In this document: piece by piece, positions 44,980 to 57,149 of the stretch
Position numbering within the stretch: the stretch's first letter is position 1
How the letters are laid out: each line of letters starts with the position of its first letter
From: Massalongia carnosa
Lineage: Eukaryota
Assembly (NCBI GenBank): GCA_965645245.1
Contig: OZ287084.1
Coordinates: 1,054,001 to 1,118,000 of the forward strand
Reading direction: 5' to 3'
Length of the DNA: 64,000 bases
Notes under the pieces: model-generated
The model's input: only the letters and a program-made list of their open reading frames with translations
What the model was told of the DNA's origin: nothing
Databases searched by the model: none
Made by a program: the position numbers and the translations under genes

Positions 44980-47900
44980 TGGCAGGACAGCATTCGTTGA
45001 CAAACATCGAAAATACACAAAATGTTAAATTTATTCAACATAATTGTGCAAAGTCAACGAATGCAATGATATCGTGTTTGGAATATGCTTTATCAAATCA
45101 AATTGATATTGTTTTGTTTCAGGAACCATGGACACGAGATCAAAAAACAATATCACATCCGTCATTTACATGTATTATGCCTAAAATAGAGACTTATCGC
45201 TCGAGAGTAGCTATATTTGTCACAAATGGCAATTCCAAACTGCAATGCACGCCTAGAACGGATCTTATTGACGATTCCGATATGCAAATTATTGAAATTA
45301 CAATTGATGAAGTTCGAAAAGTGCAGATTTTCAATATTTATAACGAAAAAAGTCAAAGTGATCGAGAAACATACACGATCGATCGACTTTTAATCCAATT
45401 ACAACCAAAATCAACTGATCAATTCGTCATCTGTGGAGATTTCAATGCACATCATAACTGGTGGAATTCGAAAATTCAACAAGCAATTCGATCAGAAAAT
45501 CTTGTCAAATGGTTGAAATTAAACAGGTGTAGCTTGATAAACACACCTGACTTATGTACATACTACGCCCATTCTGGAAGTTCTTCATCTGTTATTGATT
45601 TAACTTTTGCAAATTCTAAAATCGAAAATGCAATTACAAATTGGTCAATCGATGAAAACGCAGGCACAGGTTCTGATCATGAAGTCATCCGATTTGAACT
45701 AATCGCATCTTTCAAAAACTTGACGTCACATGCAACCGCATTATCGAATAAATACAATTGCAATAAAGCTGATTGGAATAAATTCGCGAAGTATCTAGAC
45801 GAAAATCCAACCATCTACGAATCACAAGTTCAAAGTTTATTGAATAATCATCAATTCGACGAATCAGCGATATATTTGCAAAACGTTATCAAAAACGCGG
45901 CTGAAATGTTTATTCCGAAAACGAAAATTTGTGCAAAATCGAAAAATTGGTGGTCGCATGATTTAACTGAACTTCGAAAAACCATGTGCAGACATCGTCG
46001 AGAATGGAAGAATTATCCGTCCGATTTTAATCATCGGACGTTTAAACATAGTCGAATCGAGTATTTTCATGCAATTCGAAAAGCAAAACAACAAACATGG
46101 TTGACTTTTCTTGAAAATGCAGCAAATAAAGATGTATTTACCGCGTATAAATACACTAAACCGCGAATATTCGAAAAAATACCGCCGATTCTACATGAAA
46201 ACAAGCTAAATGTTCAGTTTGATGACAAATGCGATGCATTTGTGTCAGCAATGTATACAAAAAACCCATTTATTGACGATAATGATAAAGATTTATCAAA
46301 TCAAGACAGCGTAAATGATGATAATTGGCCAGATTTGACCGAAAACGAGTTGAAAAATGCGATTAGTTTATTTAATCCGAAGAAAGCATGTGGACCTGAT
46401 GCAATCAATTTTACAATTGTTCAAAAATCGTTTCAATCGTTGAAAAACGTGTTTTTCATGAGTTATTCGAAATTCATTCGAATCGGTTATCACCCGTTAT
46501 GCTGGCGGACAGGATTCGGTGCAGTTCTGAAAAAACCTAATAAATCGGACTATTCGTTTCCAAAATCATATCGAATTATCACATTATTAAATTGTCTTGG
46601 TAAAATTGCTGAGAAAATCGTTGCAAATCGACTAGCCTACTTCGGCGAAAATTCGAATTTACTCGATATCGAACAGATGGGCGGACGCAAAAATCATTCT
46701 GCAATTGACGCAGTAATGAACGTTGTTCATGATATTGAAATTGCAAATAGAAATAAAAACGTCTTATCATGTTTATTACTCGATGTCAAAGGCGCATTTG
46801 ACTTTGTCTCGATTAATCAACTGCTAAATGTTATGAAAAAGCTGAAATTATCTCGCATAATAATTCAATGGGTCAAGCATTTCATGACAAAGCGATCGAT
46901 CAATTTGATATTTGATGAAAATTTAAGCAAAACATATAATGTCGAATCAGGAATTCCACAAGGCTCACCAATCTCGCCTATTCTATTTCTGATTTACATT
47001 CGTCACTTGTTTCCGAAAATACGAATGAAATTCAATGCACATTCTCCCAGTTTTATTGACGATGTTGCAATATATGTCGAAAATAAAACTGCAAAACAGA
47101 ATTGCAAAGAAATCGAAATCATAGTCAAAACGGCCTTTGATTGGGCCGCATCGAATAATGTCAAATTTGATGACGATAAATCCGAGCTGATTCACTTCGA
47201 AAAGACAAGAAATGTATCGAAAGACACATTGGAATTACCAAACGGGACAGTACTAGAACCGAAAAATGTAGTCAAATGGTTGGGCGTCTGGTTAGACCGA
47301 AAACTAAATTTCAAAAAACACGTCGAAACGCGGATCTCTTCTGCGAATCGATCGTTTTTTGCAATTCAGAATTTGATGAAATCCGAATGGGGTCTGAAAC
47401 CGACCGCAAGCAGACAGCTCTATATGTCATGCATTATTCCTATTTCGGACTACGGCTCAGAAATTTGGTATAATGGTCAAAAGAAATATGAAAAACTATT
47501 TCAGAACCTACAAAATCAAATGATTCGAAAGATTTTAGGAACTTTCAAAACCACACCTATTCAGGCGATGGAAATTGAATCACATGTTTTACCAGTTAAA
47601 CTTCGATTATTAATGAAAAATCAAAAATACGCAATTCGATTATTGAAGATTGCCGAAAATAACCCGATTTGTCAAAGAATTCCTAACACATATTCGATAA
47701 AATTCGAAAATATCGGTTTTGACACAAGTTTATGGAACAACAAATATGCCGAATGGAACGAAGACGAAAAACAAACAAATAAACGACATCCTAGTCAGCT
47801 TATTCGCGTTCTTCATTCCGTTTCCGATATAGTTCACAAAACTGATGAATTTGAACAATCAAATCATTTTATTAAACCTTGGAAATCGCCTTGCAAAATC

Positions 47901-48992
47901 AAATTTCAAATCGAAAATACAAAGGAATCTGCTAAATCAAGTTATTATTCGACCTTATCCAAAATTAAATCAATGAACTCCGATAAATCCCGAGTTTTAC
48001 TTTATACAGATGGATTGAAAATCGAATTTGCAACGTCTGCATTCACATTTGCGCCAGTTATAAGGAATTGGAGTAATATTATCAAAAATTTTGATCGATT
48101 TATCGAAAAAGATTGTCTGATCAAGTATCATACGATTTCGAAAAGCTGGAAATTAAGCAAAAAGTCAAGCATTAAAAATGCTGAACTGCATGCGATTTTA
48201 CAAGCAATGAAATGGGTCTATAAATTGTCGAATACTAATATTTTATCGAACTTAGAAAAAACGATTTGGATTTTTTCTGATAGTATAAACGCGATAAACG
48301 AAATTCAGAACTTGACAAATCATATTTTCGCAAGACAAATTCGAAAGCTCGCAAAAATCTTATTTGAAAGCAATTTTCAGGTGATTTTGCAATGGGTTCC
48401 GAGTCATTCAAATATTACCGAAAACGAAATTGCAGACAAAATAGCAAAGACGGGCCATAATCAAATCCTAGTCGAGTCCTCGGCGATAACATTTGATTAT
48501 GTAAAAGATCAAATAAATCAAAATATGCTAACCACATGGACGAATCAATGGCAACAATGCAAATCAAAAGGCAAATACTACGAGAAATTCGAAATGAAAC
48601 CTGGCATATCGAGATTTTATTATTTATCAAACAACTGTTCCAAATTGATATTTGCTACTATTATGCAATTAAAATTCGGAAACGGCTATTTTCGATCTTA
48701 TTTACAGCGATTGAAAGATTATAATTCGTCAAAATGCACAAATCGATGCAATCAACGACAAACGCCAGAACACTTGTTATTGAATTGCATTCACTATTTC
48801 GATGAAATTCAAAACATGAAACAAAATATCGATACTACCATCAACTTGAATATGTTGTTTAATACAAAAATCGGAAATGACATTTTGATTAAATTCATTG
48901 TCAATAACAAAATCGCGACAAGAAAATGGATACTAGGTCAGCTTGATGACGAGATTTTCGAAACTGGAGGTTGGGGAGAGATCGAACAGTAA
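44979..48992 (+). CDS. LINE ORF2: APE endonuclease, reverse transcriptase, RNase H, CCHC
   Basis: 1337 aa with FQEPW, GDFNAHH, GSDH, GIPQGSPISP, FIDD, YTDG, IFSDS, NEIAD and QTPEHLLLNC. Confidence 0.96.
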   Translation: MAGQHSLTNIENTQNVKFIQHNCAKSTNAMISCLEYALSNQIDIVLFQEPWTRDQKTISHPSFTCIMPKIETYRSRVAIFVTNGNSKLQCTPRTDLIDDSDMQIIEITIDEVRKVQIFNIYNEKSQSDRETYTIDRLLIQLQPKSTDQFVICGDFNAHHNWWNSKIQQAIRSENLVKWLKLNRCSLINTPDLCTYYAHSGSSSSVIDLTFANSKIENAITNWSIDENAGTGSDHEVIRFELIASFKNLTSHATALSNKYNCNKADWNKFAKYLDENPTIYESQVQSLLNNHQFDESAIYLQNVIKNAAEMFIPKTKICAKSKNWWSHDLTELRKTMCRHRREWKNYPSDFNHRTFKHSRIEYFHAIRKAKQQTWLTFLENAANKDVFTAYKYTKPRIFEKIPPILHENKLNVQFDDKCDAFVSAMYTKNPFIDDNDKDLSNQDSVNDDNWPDLTENELKNAISLFNPKKACGPDAINFTIVQKSFQSLKNVFFMSYSKFIRIGYHPLCWRTGFGAVLKKPNKSDYSFPKSYRIITLLNCLGKIAEKIVANRLAYFGENSNLLDIEQMGGRKNHSAIDAVMNVVHDIEIANRNKNVLSCLLLDVKGAFDFVSINQLLNVMKKLKLSRIIIQWVKHFMTKRSINLIFDENLSKTYNVESGIPQGSPISPILFLIYIRHLFPKIRMKFNAHSPSFIDDVAIYVENKTAKQNCKEIEIIVKTAFDWAASNNVKFDDDKSELIHFEKTRNVSKDTLELPNGTVLEPKNVVKWLGVWLDRKLNFKKHVETRISSANRSFFAIQNLMKSEWGLKPTASRQLYMSCIIPISDYGSEIWYNGQKKYEKLFQNLQNQMIRKILGTFKTTPIQAMEIESHVLPVKLRLLMKNQKYAIRLLKIAENNPICQRIPNTYSIKFENIGFDTSLWNNKYAEWNEDEKQTNKRHPSQLIRVLHSVSDIVHKTDEFEQSNHFIKPWKSPCKIKFQIENTKESAKSSYYSTLSKIKSMNSDKSRVLLYTDGLKIEFATSAFTFAPVIRNWSNIIKNFDRFIEKDCLIKYHTISKSWKLSKKSSIKNAELHAILQAMKWVYKLSNTNILSNLEKTIWIFSDSINAINEIQNLTNHIFARQIRKLAKILFESNFQVILQWVPSHSNITENEIADKIAKTGHNQILVESSAITFDYVKDQINQNMLTTWTNQWQQCKSKGKYYEKFEMKPGISRFYYLSNNCSKLIFATIMQLKFGNGYFRSYLQRLKDYNSSKCTNRCNQRQTPEHLLLNCIHYFDEIQNMKQNIDTTINLNMLFNTKIGNDILIKFIVNNKIATRKWILGQLDDEIFETGGWGEIEQ

Positions 48993-50312
48993 AATCAGAA
49001 ACGATTTATGCTGAAACATTCACGAACTTACAAAGACAAATTTTAAAATCGATATTCTTCGATTACTATAGGTTGTTACTAACACGTAGTAAAAATGGGG
49101 AAAAATTGACAATACATAGATGGGTTATAAAGGGTTGATTTATTTGTAATAGAGAAACATATCCTAAAATAGTTTAGTGTCATAACCTTAGGTTGAATAC
49201 ACTTAATGAATAAATAAAAAAAAATAAAAAAACGATCAACTTGAATATGTTGTTTAATACAAAAATCGGAAATGACATTTTGATTAAATTCATTGTAAAT
49301 AACAAAATCGCGACTAGAAAATGGATACTATGTCAGCTTGATGACGATATTTTCGAAACTGGAGGTTGGGGAGAGATCGAACAGTAAAATCAGAAACGAT
49401 TTATGCTGAAACAGTTACGAACTTACAAAGATAAATTGTAAAATCGATAATTTTCGATTACTATAGGTTGTTACTAACACGGAGTAAAAATGGGGAAAAA
49501 TTAACGATACATAGATGGGTTATAAAGGGTTGATTTATTTGTAATATAGAAACATATCCTAAAATAGTTTAGTGTCATAACCTTAGGTTGAATACACTTA
49601 ATGAATAAATAATAAAAAAAAGACGCGAAATTGACTATCGTTGTCAACACGGTCGAAAAGTCCAAAACGGGTCAAAATATCGTTCTGACTACTAGTCCTG
49701 AAAACACTGCTGAAGATTTATTGAACAATAAATCAATATGGGAGCATTTATTTGACCCACGAATAGTTCGAAAGGATGAATCGTGGTTTAAAGTAATCGC
49801 ACATGGCATAAATATTGCAACGTTTGATAAAAACATGCAATATTTACAGGATGAAATTCAAAAGTTCAATTCGAACATGCAGTTATGCGATATTCAAAGA
49901 TGGCTAGCACGTGATCGTCAAAACAAGATCAAATCGTCTGTTGTTTTGACGTTCAATGATCGAAATATGGCTTTGACCGCGTTGAAAGGTGTAAATATCG
50001 CGGGAAGGCACTGTGATACGGAAATATTTACCTCCGTTCGTCCGAATACGAAATGCATCAATCGCCAAAAATTTGGACACAAGCATTATCAATGCAAAAA
50101 TCAAGCGAAATACAATATATGTGCCCAAAATCATGAAACTCACAGTCATGAATGCACAAATTGCAAATCAAAGATCGCCTGTGCACATGTCGTAGTCAAA
50201 TGCGTCAATTGCAATCAAAATCATCAGTGAAATAATGAACGATGTGAATTTATTGCATCGTTAAACGTTCGAAAATCGACTGACGAATTATCTGTTTTGT
50301 AATGGAAGGACA

Positions 50313-51442
50313 TTTTTTATTTATTTATTCATTGAGTGTATTCAACCTAAGGTTATGACACTAAACTATTTTAAGATATGGTTTTATTTTACAATAAATC
50401 AACCCTTTATAACCCAACTGTCTATCGTCAATATTGCCCCGTTTTCACACCGTGTTAGTAACAACCTTTAGTAATCGAAATATCGATTTTACAATTTGTT
50501 TTTGTAAAGCTCGTGAATATTCCAGCATAAATCATTTCTAATTTTACTGGTCGATCTCTCCCCAACCTCCCGTTTCGATATTTTCGTCATCGAGCTGACC
50601 TAGCATCCATTTTCTAGTCGCGATTTTGTTATCAACAATAAATTTAATCAAAATATTATTTCCGATCCTAGTATTAAACAACATTTTTAAAGTAATTGTG
50701 GTATCGATATTTTGTTTCATGTTGAGGATTTCATTTGAATATTGTATGCAATTCATCAATAAGTGTTCTGGCGTTTGACGTTCGTTGCAGCGCCCTGTGC
50801 ATTTTGACGAATTATAATCTTTCAATCGGTTCAGATATGATCGAAAATAACCGTGTCCGAATTTCATTTGCATAATAGTCGCAAATATTAATTTCGAACA
50901 ATTATTCGACAGATAATAAAAACTCGATTTGCCCGGCTGCATTTCGAATTTCTCATAGTATTTGCCTTTTGACTTGCATTGTTGCCATTGATTCGCCCAT
51001 GTGGCTAACATATTTCGATTTATTTGACCCTTTACATAATCAAATGTTATTATCGAAGACTCGACTAGGATTCGACTATATCCCGCTTTTGCTGCTTTAT
51101 CTGCAATTTCATTTTCGACGATTTTCGAATGACTAGTAATCCATTGTAGAACCATTTCGAGAATTTTCGAATTTATTTTGCGTAATTATGATTTGTCAAG
51201 TTTTGAATTTCGTTTATCGCGTTTATGCTATCGGAAAAAATCCAAATCGTTATTTCCAAATTGAAGAGAATATTCGCAATTGTCAATTTGTATGCCCATT
51301 TTATTGCTTGTAGTATCGCATACAGTTCAGCGTTTTTAACGATTGACTGTTTGTTTAATTTCCAGCTTTTCGAAATCGTATGATGTTTGAGGAGACAATC
51401 TTTTTCGATAAAACGATTGAAGTTATCGGTGAAATTGTTCCA
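50313..51442 (-). mobile_element. LINE A 3' fragment (copy-2 subfamily)
   Basis: T-run tail at 50313; ORF 50544-51155. Confidence 0.9.
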
Positions 51443-53149
51443 CGTTTCAATAGTTGAAAAAAGTTTTTTTCATGATTTATTCGAAATTCATTCGAATCGG
51501 TTATAACCTGTTGTGCTGGCGGACAGGACTGGGTGCAGTTCTGAAAAAACCTAATAAATCAGACTTTTCGTTTCCAAAATCATATCGAATTATCACATTA
51601 CTAAATTTTCTTGGTAAAATTACTGAGAAAATCTTTGCAAATCGACTAGCCTACTTCGGCGAAAATTCGAATTTACTCGATATCGAACAGATGGGCGGAC
51701 CCAAAAATCATTCTGCAATTGACGCAGTAATAAACGTTGTTCATGATATTGAAATTGCAAATAGAAATAAAAACATCTTATCATGTTTATTACTCGATGT
51801 CAAAGGCACATTTGACTTTGTCTCGATTAATCAACTGCTAAATGTTATGAAAAAGCTGAAATTATCTCGCATAATAATTCAATGGGTCAAGCATTTCATG
51901 ACAAAACGATCGATCAATTTGATATTTGATGAAAATAAAAGCAAAACATATTATGTCGAATCAGGAATTCCACAAGGTTCACCAATCTCGCCTATTCTAT
52001 TTCTGATTTACATTCGTCACTTGTTTCCGAAAATACGAATGAAATTCAATGCACATTCTCTCGGTTTTATTGACGATGTTGCAATATATGTAGAAAATAA
52101 AACTGCAAAACAGAATTGCAAAGAAATCGAAATAATAGTCAAAACGGCCTTTGATTGATTGGGCCGCATCGAATAATGTCAAATTTGTTGACTATAAATC
52201 CGAGCTGATTCACTTCGAAAAGACAAGAAATGTATCGAAAGACACATTGGAATTACCAAACGGGACAGTACTAGAACCGAAAAATGTAGTCAAATGGTTG
52301 GGCGTCTGGTTAGACCGAAAACTTAATTTCAAAAAACACGTCGAAACGCGGATCTCTTCTGCGAATCGATCGTTTTTTGCAATTCAGAATTTGATGAAAT
52401 CCGAATAGGGTCTGAAACCGACCGCATGCAGAAAGCTCTATTTGTCATGCATTATTCCTATTTCGGACTACGGCTCAGAAATTTGGTATAATGGTCAAAA
52501 GAAATATGAAAAACTATTTCAGAACCTACAAAATCAAATTATTCGAAAGATTTTAGGAACTTTCAAAACCACACCTATTCAGGCGATGGAAATTGAATCA
52601 CATGTTTTACCAGTTAAACTTCGCTTATTAATGAAAAATAAAAAATACGCAATTCGATTATTGAAGATTGCAGAAAATAACCCTATTTGTCAAAGAATTC
52701 CAAACATATATTCGTTAAAATTCGAAAACATCGGTTTTGACACTAGTTTATGGAACAACAAATATGCCGAATGGAACGAAGACGAAAAACAAACAAATAA
52801 ACGACATCCTAGTCAGCCTTTTCGCGTTCTTCATTCCGTTTCCGACATAGTTCACAAAACTGATGAATTTGAACAATCAAATCATTTTATTAAACCTTGG
52901 AAATCGCCGTGCAAAATCGAATTTCAAATCGAAAATACAAAGGAATCTGCTAAATCAAGTTATTATTCGACCTTATCCAAAATTCAATCAATGAACTCCG
53001 ATAAATCCCGAGTTTTACTTTATACGGATGGATCAAAAATCGAATTTGCAACGTCTGCAGTCACATTTGCGCCAATTATGAGGAATTGGAGTAGTATTAT
53101 CAATAATTTTGATCGGTTTATCGAAAAAGATTGTCTGATCAAGTATCAT
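51443..53149 (+). mobile_element. LINE A internal ORF2 fragment
   Basis: RT pieces 51454-53149 with a frameshift and a stop. Confidence 0.9.
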
Positions 53150-56100
53150 GATGATGATGATGATGATGTATTCATACTCCGATATGACACCGGCCATAGG
53201 CCGGCCTATGCGGGCAAAGCTATCTAAGTTATGTTACATGGAAAACCTTTCACAGGTGTAAAAACCATGTCCCTTGATACCCGTCTGATGTGACTACGTG
53301 TCGACGTCGGGCGGGAGACGCAGTGCAAAAGACGTGTGGGAACTGTAATGCCTTGTGAAAAGAGAAGAAAGAAATAAAGGTTCAACTATTGTTGATTTTA
53401 CAATAATGTTGATGTTAGTGAGAATTGATTCAATAAGCCTGTTTTCATTAGCCAAGCAGTTAGTATCTTCAGAGTTTTTGATGATTTGGTCAGCTGCTGA
53501 TAGTCGCTCGTGCCGGCGGCGCGAAACATCTGTTCTCTATTGTCAATAAGTCTGCAGATCATAATTACATGTTCTGGAGTTTGTCTATGCCAGCCAGATG
53601 AGCAGACCGGTGAGGTGACGGAGGGCACTCGTCGCTTGTAGAGGAAGTCAGCTAACCCGAGCTTGCCAGTGCGGATTTGAGTTGTTAGAGCGCTTTCTGC
53701 CTTTTTTAGCTGCGTGTGTATTTTCAGCCGTTTTTTGCTCAGTGGGACTGATTGTGCTATGGAGGGTTCGATGACGCGATTTTGATATGCGCACCACGAG
53801 TCGTTCCAGACCTTCATTTGTCGTGATTTGATTGTTTGCATCTGCTTGTGTCGGGCCGTTGCCGCAACGGTAGCTTCGCGGTGCCACGCCGGGTAGACTT
53901 CGAACAATGGTGGGTGTGCCTTTGGTGGTTGAACTATTTTTGAGTCGATCAGTAGGCTTTTGGCCCAGATGTGTTTCAGCTCTCCCGGGGTGGGCTTTTG
54001 AAGTCGTTTGCGACCTGCCTTGCCTCGAAGTTTGTCAGCTATTTTGTTGCATGCGGAGGAGATGATCTTCAATTGGCCTCCGGCTCGGAGCCGGTGCCTT
54101 GCCTGTGCTTGTAGCATGTCGAGATGCGTGTCTATGGGTGCTATGAATGTCTCTGCTTCTAGTACTGAGATGGGAGTAGCTTTAAAGGCACCGGCTATGG
54201 TGCGAAGACAATTGTTTTGCATGACGGAGAGCTTGCTCGTTGACGTTTTTGACTTTTTGACTTCTTTGGGCATGTGCCATACGGTTGACCCATATGTCAT
54301 GGCCGGACGCACCACGGCACTGTAAACCTGCCTTGCCTTGGCGAAGGTGGCACCCCAGGTTGATGTGGAAATTTTTGTCAATGCCATGGATTGTTTGACC
54401 ATTTTCTCTTGCGTTTTGCGAACGTGCGGTCCCCATTTCAATTTGGTGTCGATTTGTAGGCCCAATACTCTGATGTCCGTTTTAGGTTCAATTTCGGTGC
54501 TAGCAATATTGATGGATGCAGTCATGTTAAATCTTTTGGGATTTCTGGACAAGTGTATGAGTTCGTACTTCGTCGGAGCAAATACGGATCCGTGCCGGGA
54601 AGCCCACGTCTCACATTGTCTGTGTATTGCCTCTAGAGTTTTGCAGTTTTCCTCGGTGCTTTTTCCATATGCCAAAATGTTTGCGTCGTCTACAAATCCT
54701 ATGGCACTTGTGTTTTTGCCTGGTCGATCACATATTTCCAACAGATCTGCATTGTAAAATAGGTAAAGAATGGATGACAGGGGAGAGCCCTGCGGGATAC
54801 CCGTTCTTACCGCAAACCGCCCAGTGACTTTTCGATTTATTGCTAAAGTGGTGCTTCGATCGCTCAGAAAGCTGTTTAACCAGTCGGTGATCCATTTTAG
54901 AATTTTTCTTTTCCGTAGGTTGTGCGTTAGTCGTTGATGTGATACCGTATCGAACGCGCCGGCGACGTCCATGCTTAGCAGTGTGGCTACTTTGTCTTTT
55001 CCCTGTCCCCAAATCGTGTGAACCTGTTTAGTTAGCAGTTCCAGTGCTGACTCTGTGGATCTGCCCTTCCTTGCTCCCATCTGTGTATCGGGTAGGAGCC
55101 GGTGTTTTTCCGCCAGATAGGTTATTTTCGATCCAATGATTGATTCCATAACTTTACTGAGCGTGTTGAGCAGTGCAATTGGTCGGTAGGCTTTCGGCGT
55201 GGTATAGTCTCCTTTGCCTATTTTTTTCAGCGCTATTGTGTTTGCCATTTTGAAGGCCCGCGGGTGGTACAAGTGTGTGACGCACGCCTGAAACAGAGGT
55301 GTTAGTAGTTCGACAAGTATTTCGCTGCATGCTTTGAGTATTCTGTTAGATATGCCGTCTGGGCCCGGTGCCTTATCGGACTTGAGCCGACTCAGGGCCG
55401 TCGATACTTCTGACTTGGTGATGATTATTGGGCAGTGCGGCGATATAGGATAGAAGGATGCTTCTATGTCGCTTAGGTCGGCCGGTGGTAGTGCGGGAAA
55501 GAAGACATCTTTCAGCATTTCGGCTTTTTGGTCAAACGTGTCTGCTACTTGGTCATTGAATTTTAGCATCGGCATTTTGGATACTTCTCTAGATTGATGA
55601 CTTTTGTCTTTGGCCCATTTCGCTAGCCGCCATAGTCCCTGAGGCGTTTCGGTGGCCTTATTGATTTCTTGACGAAAGTTTATTCTCTTTGCCTTTTGAA
55701 TGATTTTCTGTTTTTTATCATTGGATTTCATATAGTTAGACCAGTCCGTTAGGTCTAACGTGCTGGACCATATGCGGCGTAGTTTCCGTGTGGCTTTGGT
55801 GGCAATGCTGCATTCTTCTGTCCAGAATGGCTTAGCATATTCGCTAGATTTTGCCCATGGAACTGCTTCGTTGATGACATTTTGTAGAAATTTTTGAATC
55901 GATTCCGTGTACGCATCAATCTCGGTAGTGGTACGGGGAGACTCCGGTATAGGGGCGTGTCGTTCGGCCTACCTTAATTTTTCCAGGTTTAGAAGTTTCC
56001 ATGCTCTGCGTTTGATTTTCGGTTGCGGCTCGCTTCCGAGTAGGATACGGGTTGATATCGGCACGTGATCGGACGATTGATTCAATTCTGGTCTGGACAT

Positions 56101-56646
56101 ACAGTGTACGAGTCTTTCGACTAGGTATTCTGACATGAAACCCAAATCTATCGTGCTAGACGTGTTTCTTGCTTCCCATGTTACGGTGCCTTTCGACAGT
56201 GTCAACGAAAGATTATGATCATCGATTATTTGCAGTAATTGATCAGCAGCAGCGTGTTGTGTGGGTCTTGAGGGACCATTCCAAAAGGGATGATGCAGGT
56301 TGAAATCTCCAAGTAGTATGTGATGCGCATCGGCGGTAAGCATGCTCCGAGCCGCCGGTAAGGTCGTGGGACTGTCAATGGATGAATAGGAAGCGGGAGA
56401 GGGGTTATACACATTATGGACGTGAATTGTTTCCATAACGCCTTCGGTGTAGGTCTTTATTTTCAAAGTGCACATGTCGGCCGAGGTGAATTCCACCTCC
56501 CAGCTGTTAGTGTCTATTAGGTCGTTGACATAAAAGCACACTCTGGTGTCACCTCCTGGGCGGTATAGGAGGTGAAAGCCGCTTTGATGAGAACTAAGCG
56601 ATGTGGGGGCGGATGGATTGCGCCACAGTTCCTGTATAGCAATAAT
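53148..56646 (-). mobile_element. LINE family B (Tad1-like), 5'-truncated in the endonuclease, (CAT)n tail
   Basis: EN 55969-56541 (GDFNLHH, SDH) and RT 53398-55731 (GIPQGSPLS, FVDD). No RNase H motifs seen. Confidence 0.92.
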
Positions 56647-57149
56647 ATATGCTGAATAGAACGAATACGAGAAAAAATCGAATAAACCTCATCCTAGTCA
56701 GCTTATCCGTATTCTTCATTCTGTTTCGGATATAGTTCACAAAACTGATGAATTCGAATCAGTAAATAATTTCATCAAACCATGGAAGCCGTCTTGTAAA
56801 ATCAAGTTCCAAATCGAAAGATCAAAAGAAACAGCAAAGTCAAGTTATTATTCGACTTTATCAAAAATTCAATCAATAAACGCCGATAAATCGCGAGTGT
56901 TACTCTATACCGATGGATCAAAAACCGAGTTTTCAACTTCCGCTGTCACATTTGCACCAATTATGCGAAATTGGAACAATTTCACCCTTAACTTCAATCG
57001 TTTTATCGAAAAAGATTGTCTCCTCAAACATCATACGATTTCGAAAAGCTGGAAATTAAATAAACAGTCAAGCATTAAAAACGCTGAACTGTATGCGATA
57101 CTACAACCAATAAAATGGGCATTCAAATTGACAATTGCGAATATTCTTT
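56647..57149 (+). mobile_element. LINE A internal fragment (copy-2 subfamily)
   Basis: Closely matches about 28357-28859. Confidence 0.88.

Larger units (their letters stand above)
42458..49230 (+). mobile_element. LINE A copy 5, both ORFs open
   Basis: 15-bp TSD AACGATCAACTTGAA (42443-42457 and 49231-49245), about 860-bp leader, A tail. Confidence 0.97.
35962..49618 (+). mobile_element. LINE A copy 4, near full length, with several stops (ORF1 37013-38587; ORF2 38587-42457 plus 49246-49387)
   Basis: EN, RT (SFIDD) and RNase H pieces. Interrupted by copy 5. A tail ends near 49618. Confidence 0.93.
33860..50312 (+). mobile_element. LINE A copy 3: leader and ORF1 (33860-35961, resuming 49631-50312), split by copies 4 and 5
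   Basis: TSD AAAGACGCGAAA (35950-35961 and 49619-49630). ORF1 reads FKDAK|LTIVVNT across the gap. Left boundary approximate. Confidence 0.9.

Noticed and set aside
50313..53149. Twin-priming inversion at 51442 (and at 60782)
   Set aside because: The arms at 51442 belong to different subfamilies. At 60782 both arms carry their own 3' tails.
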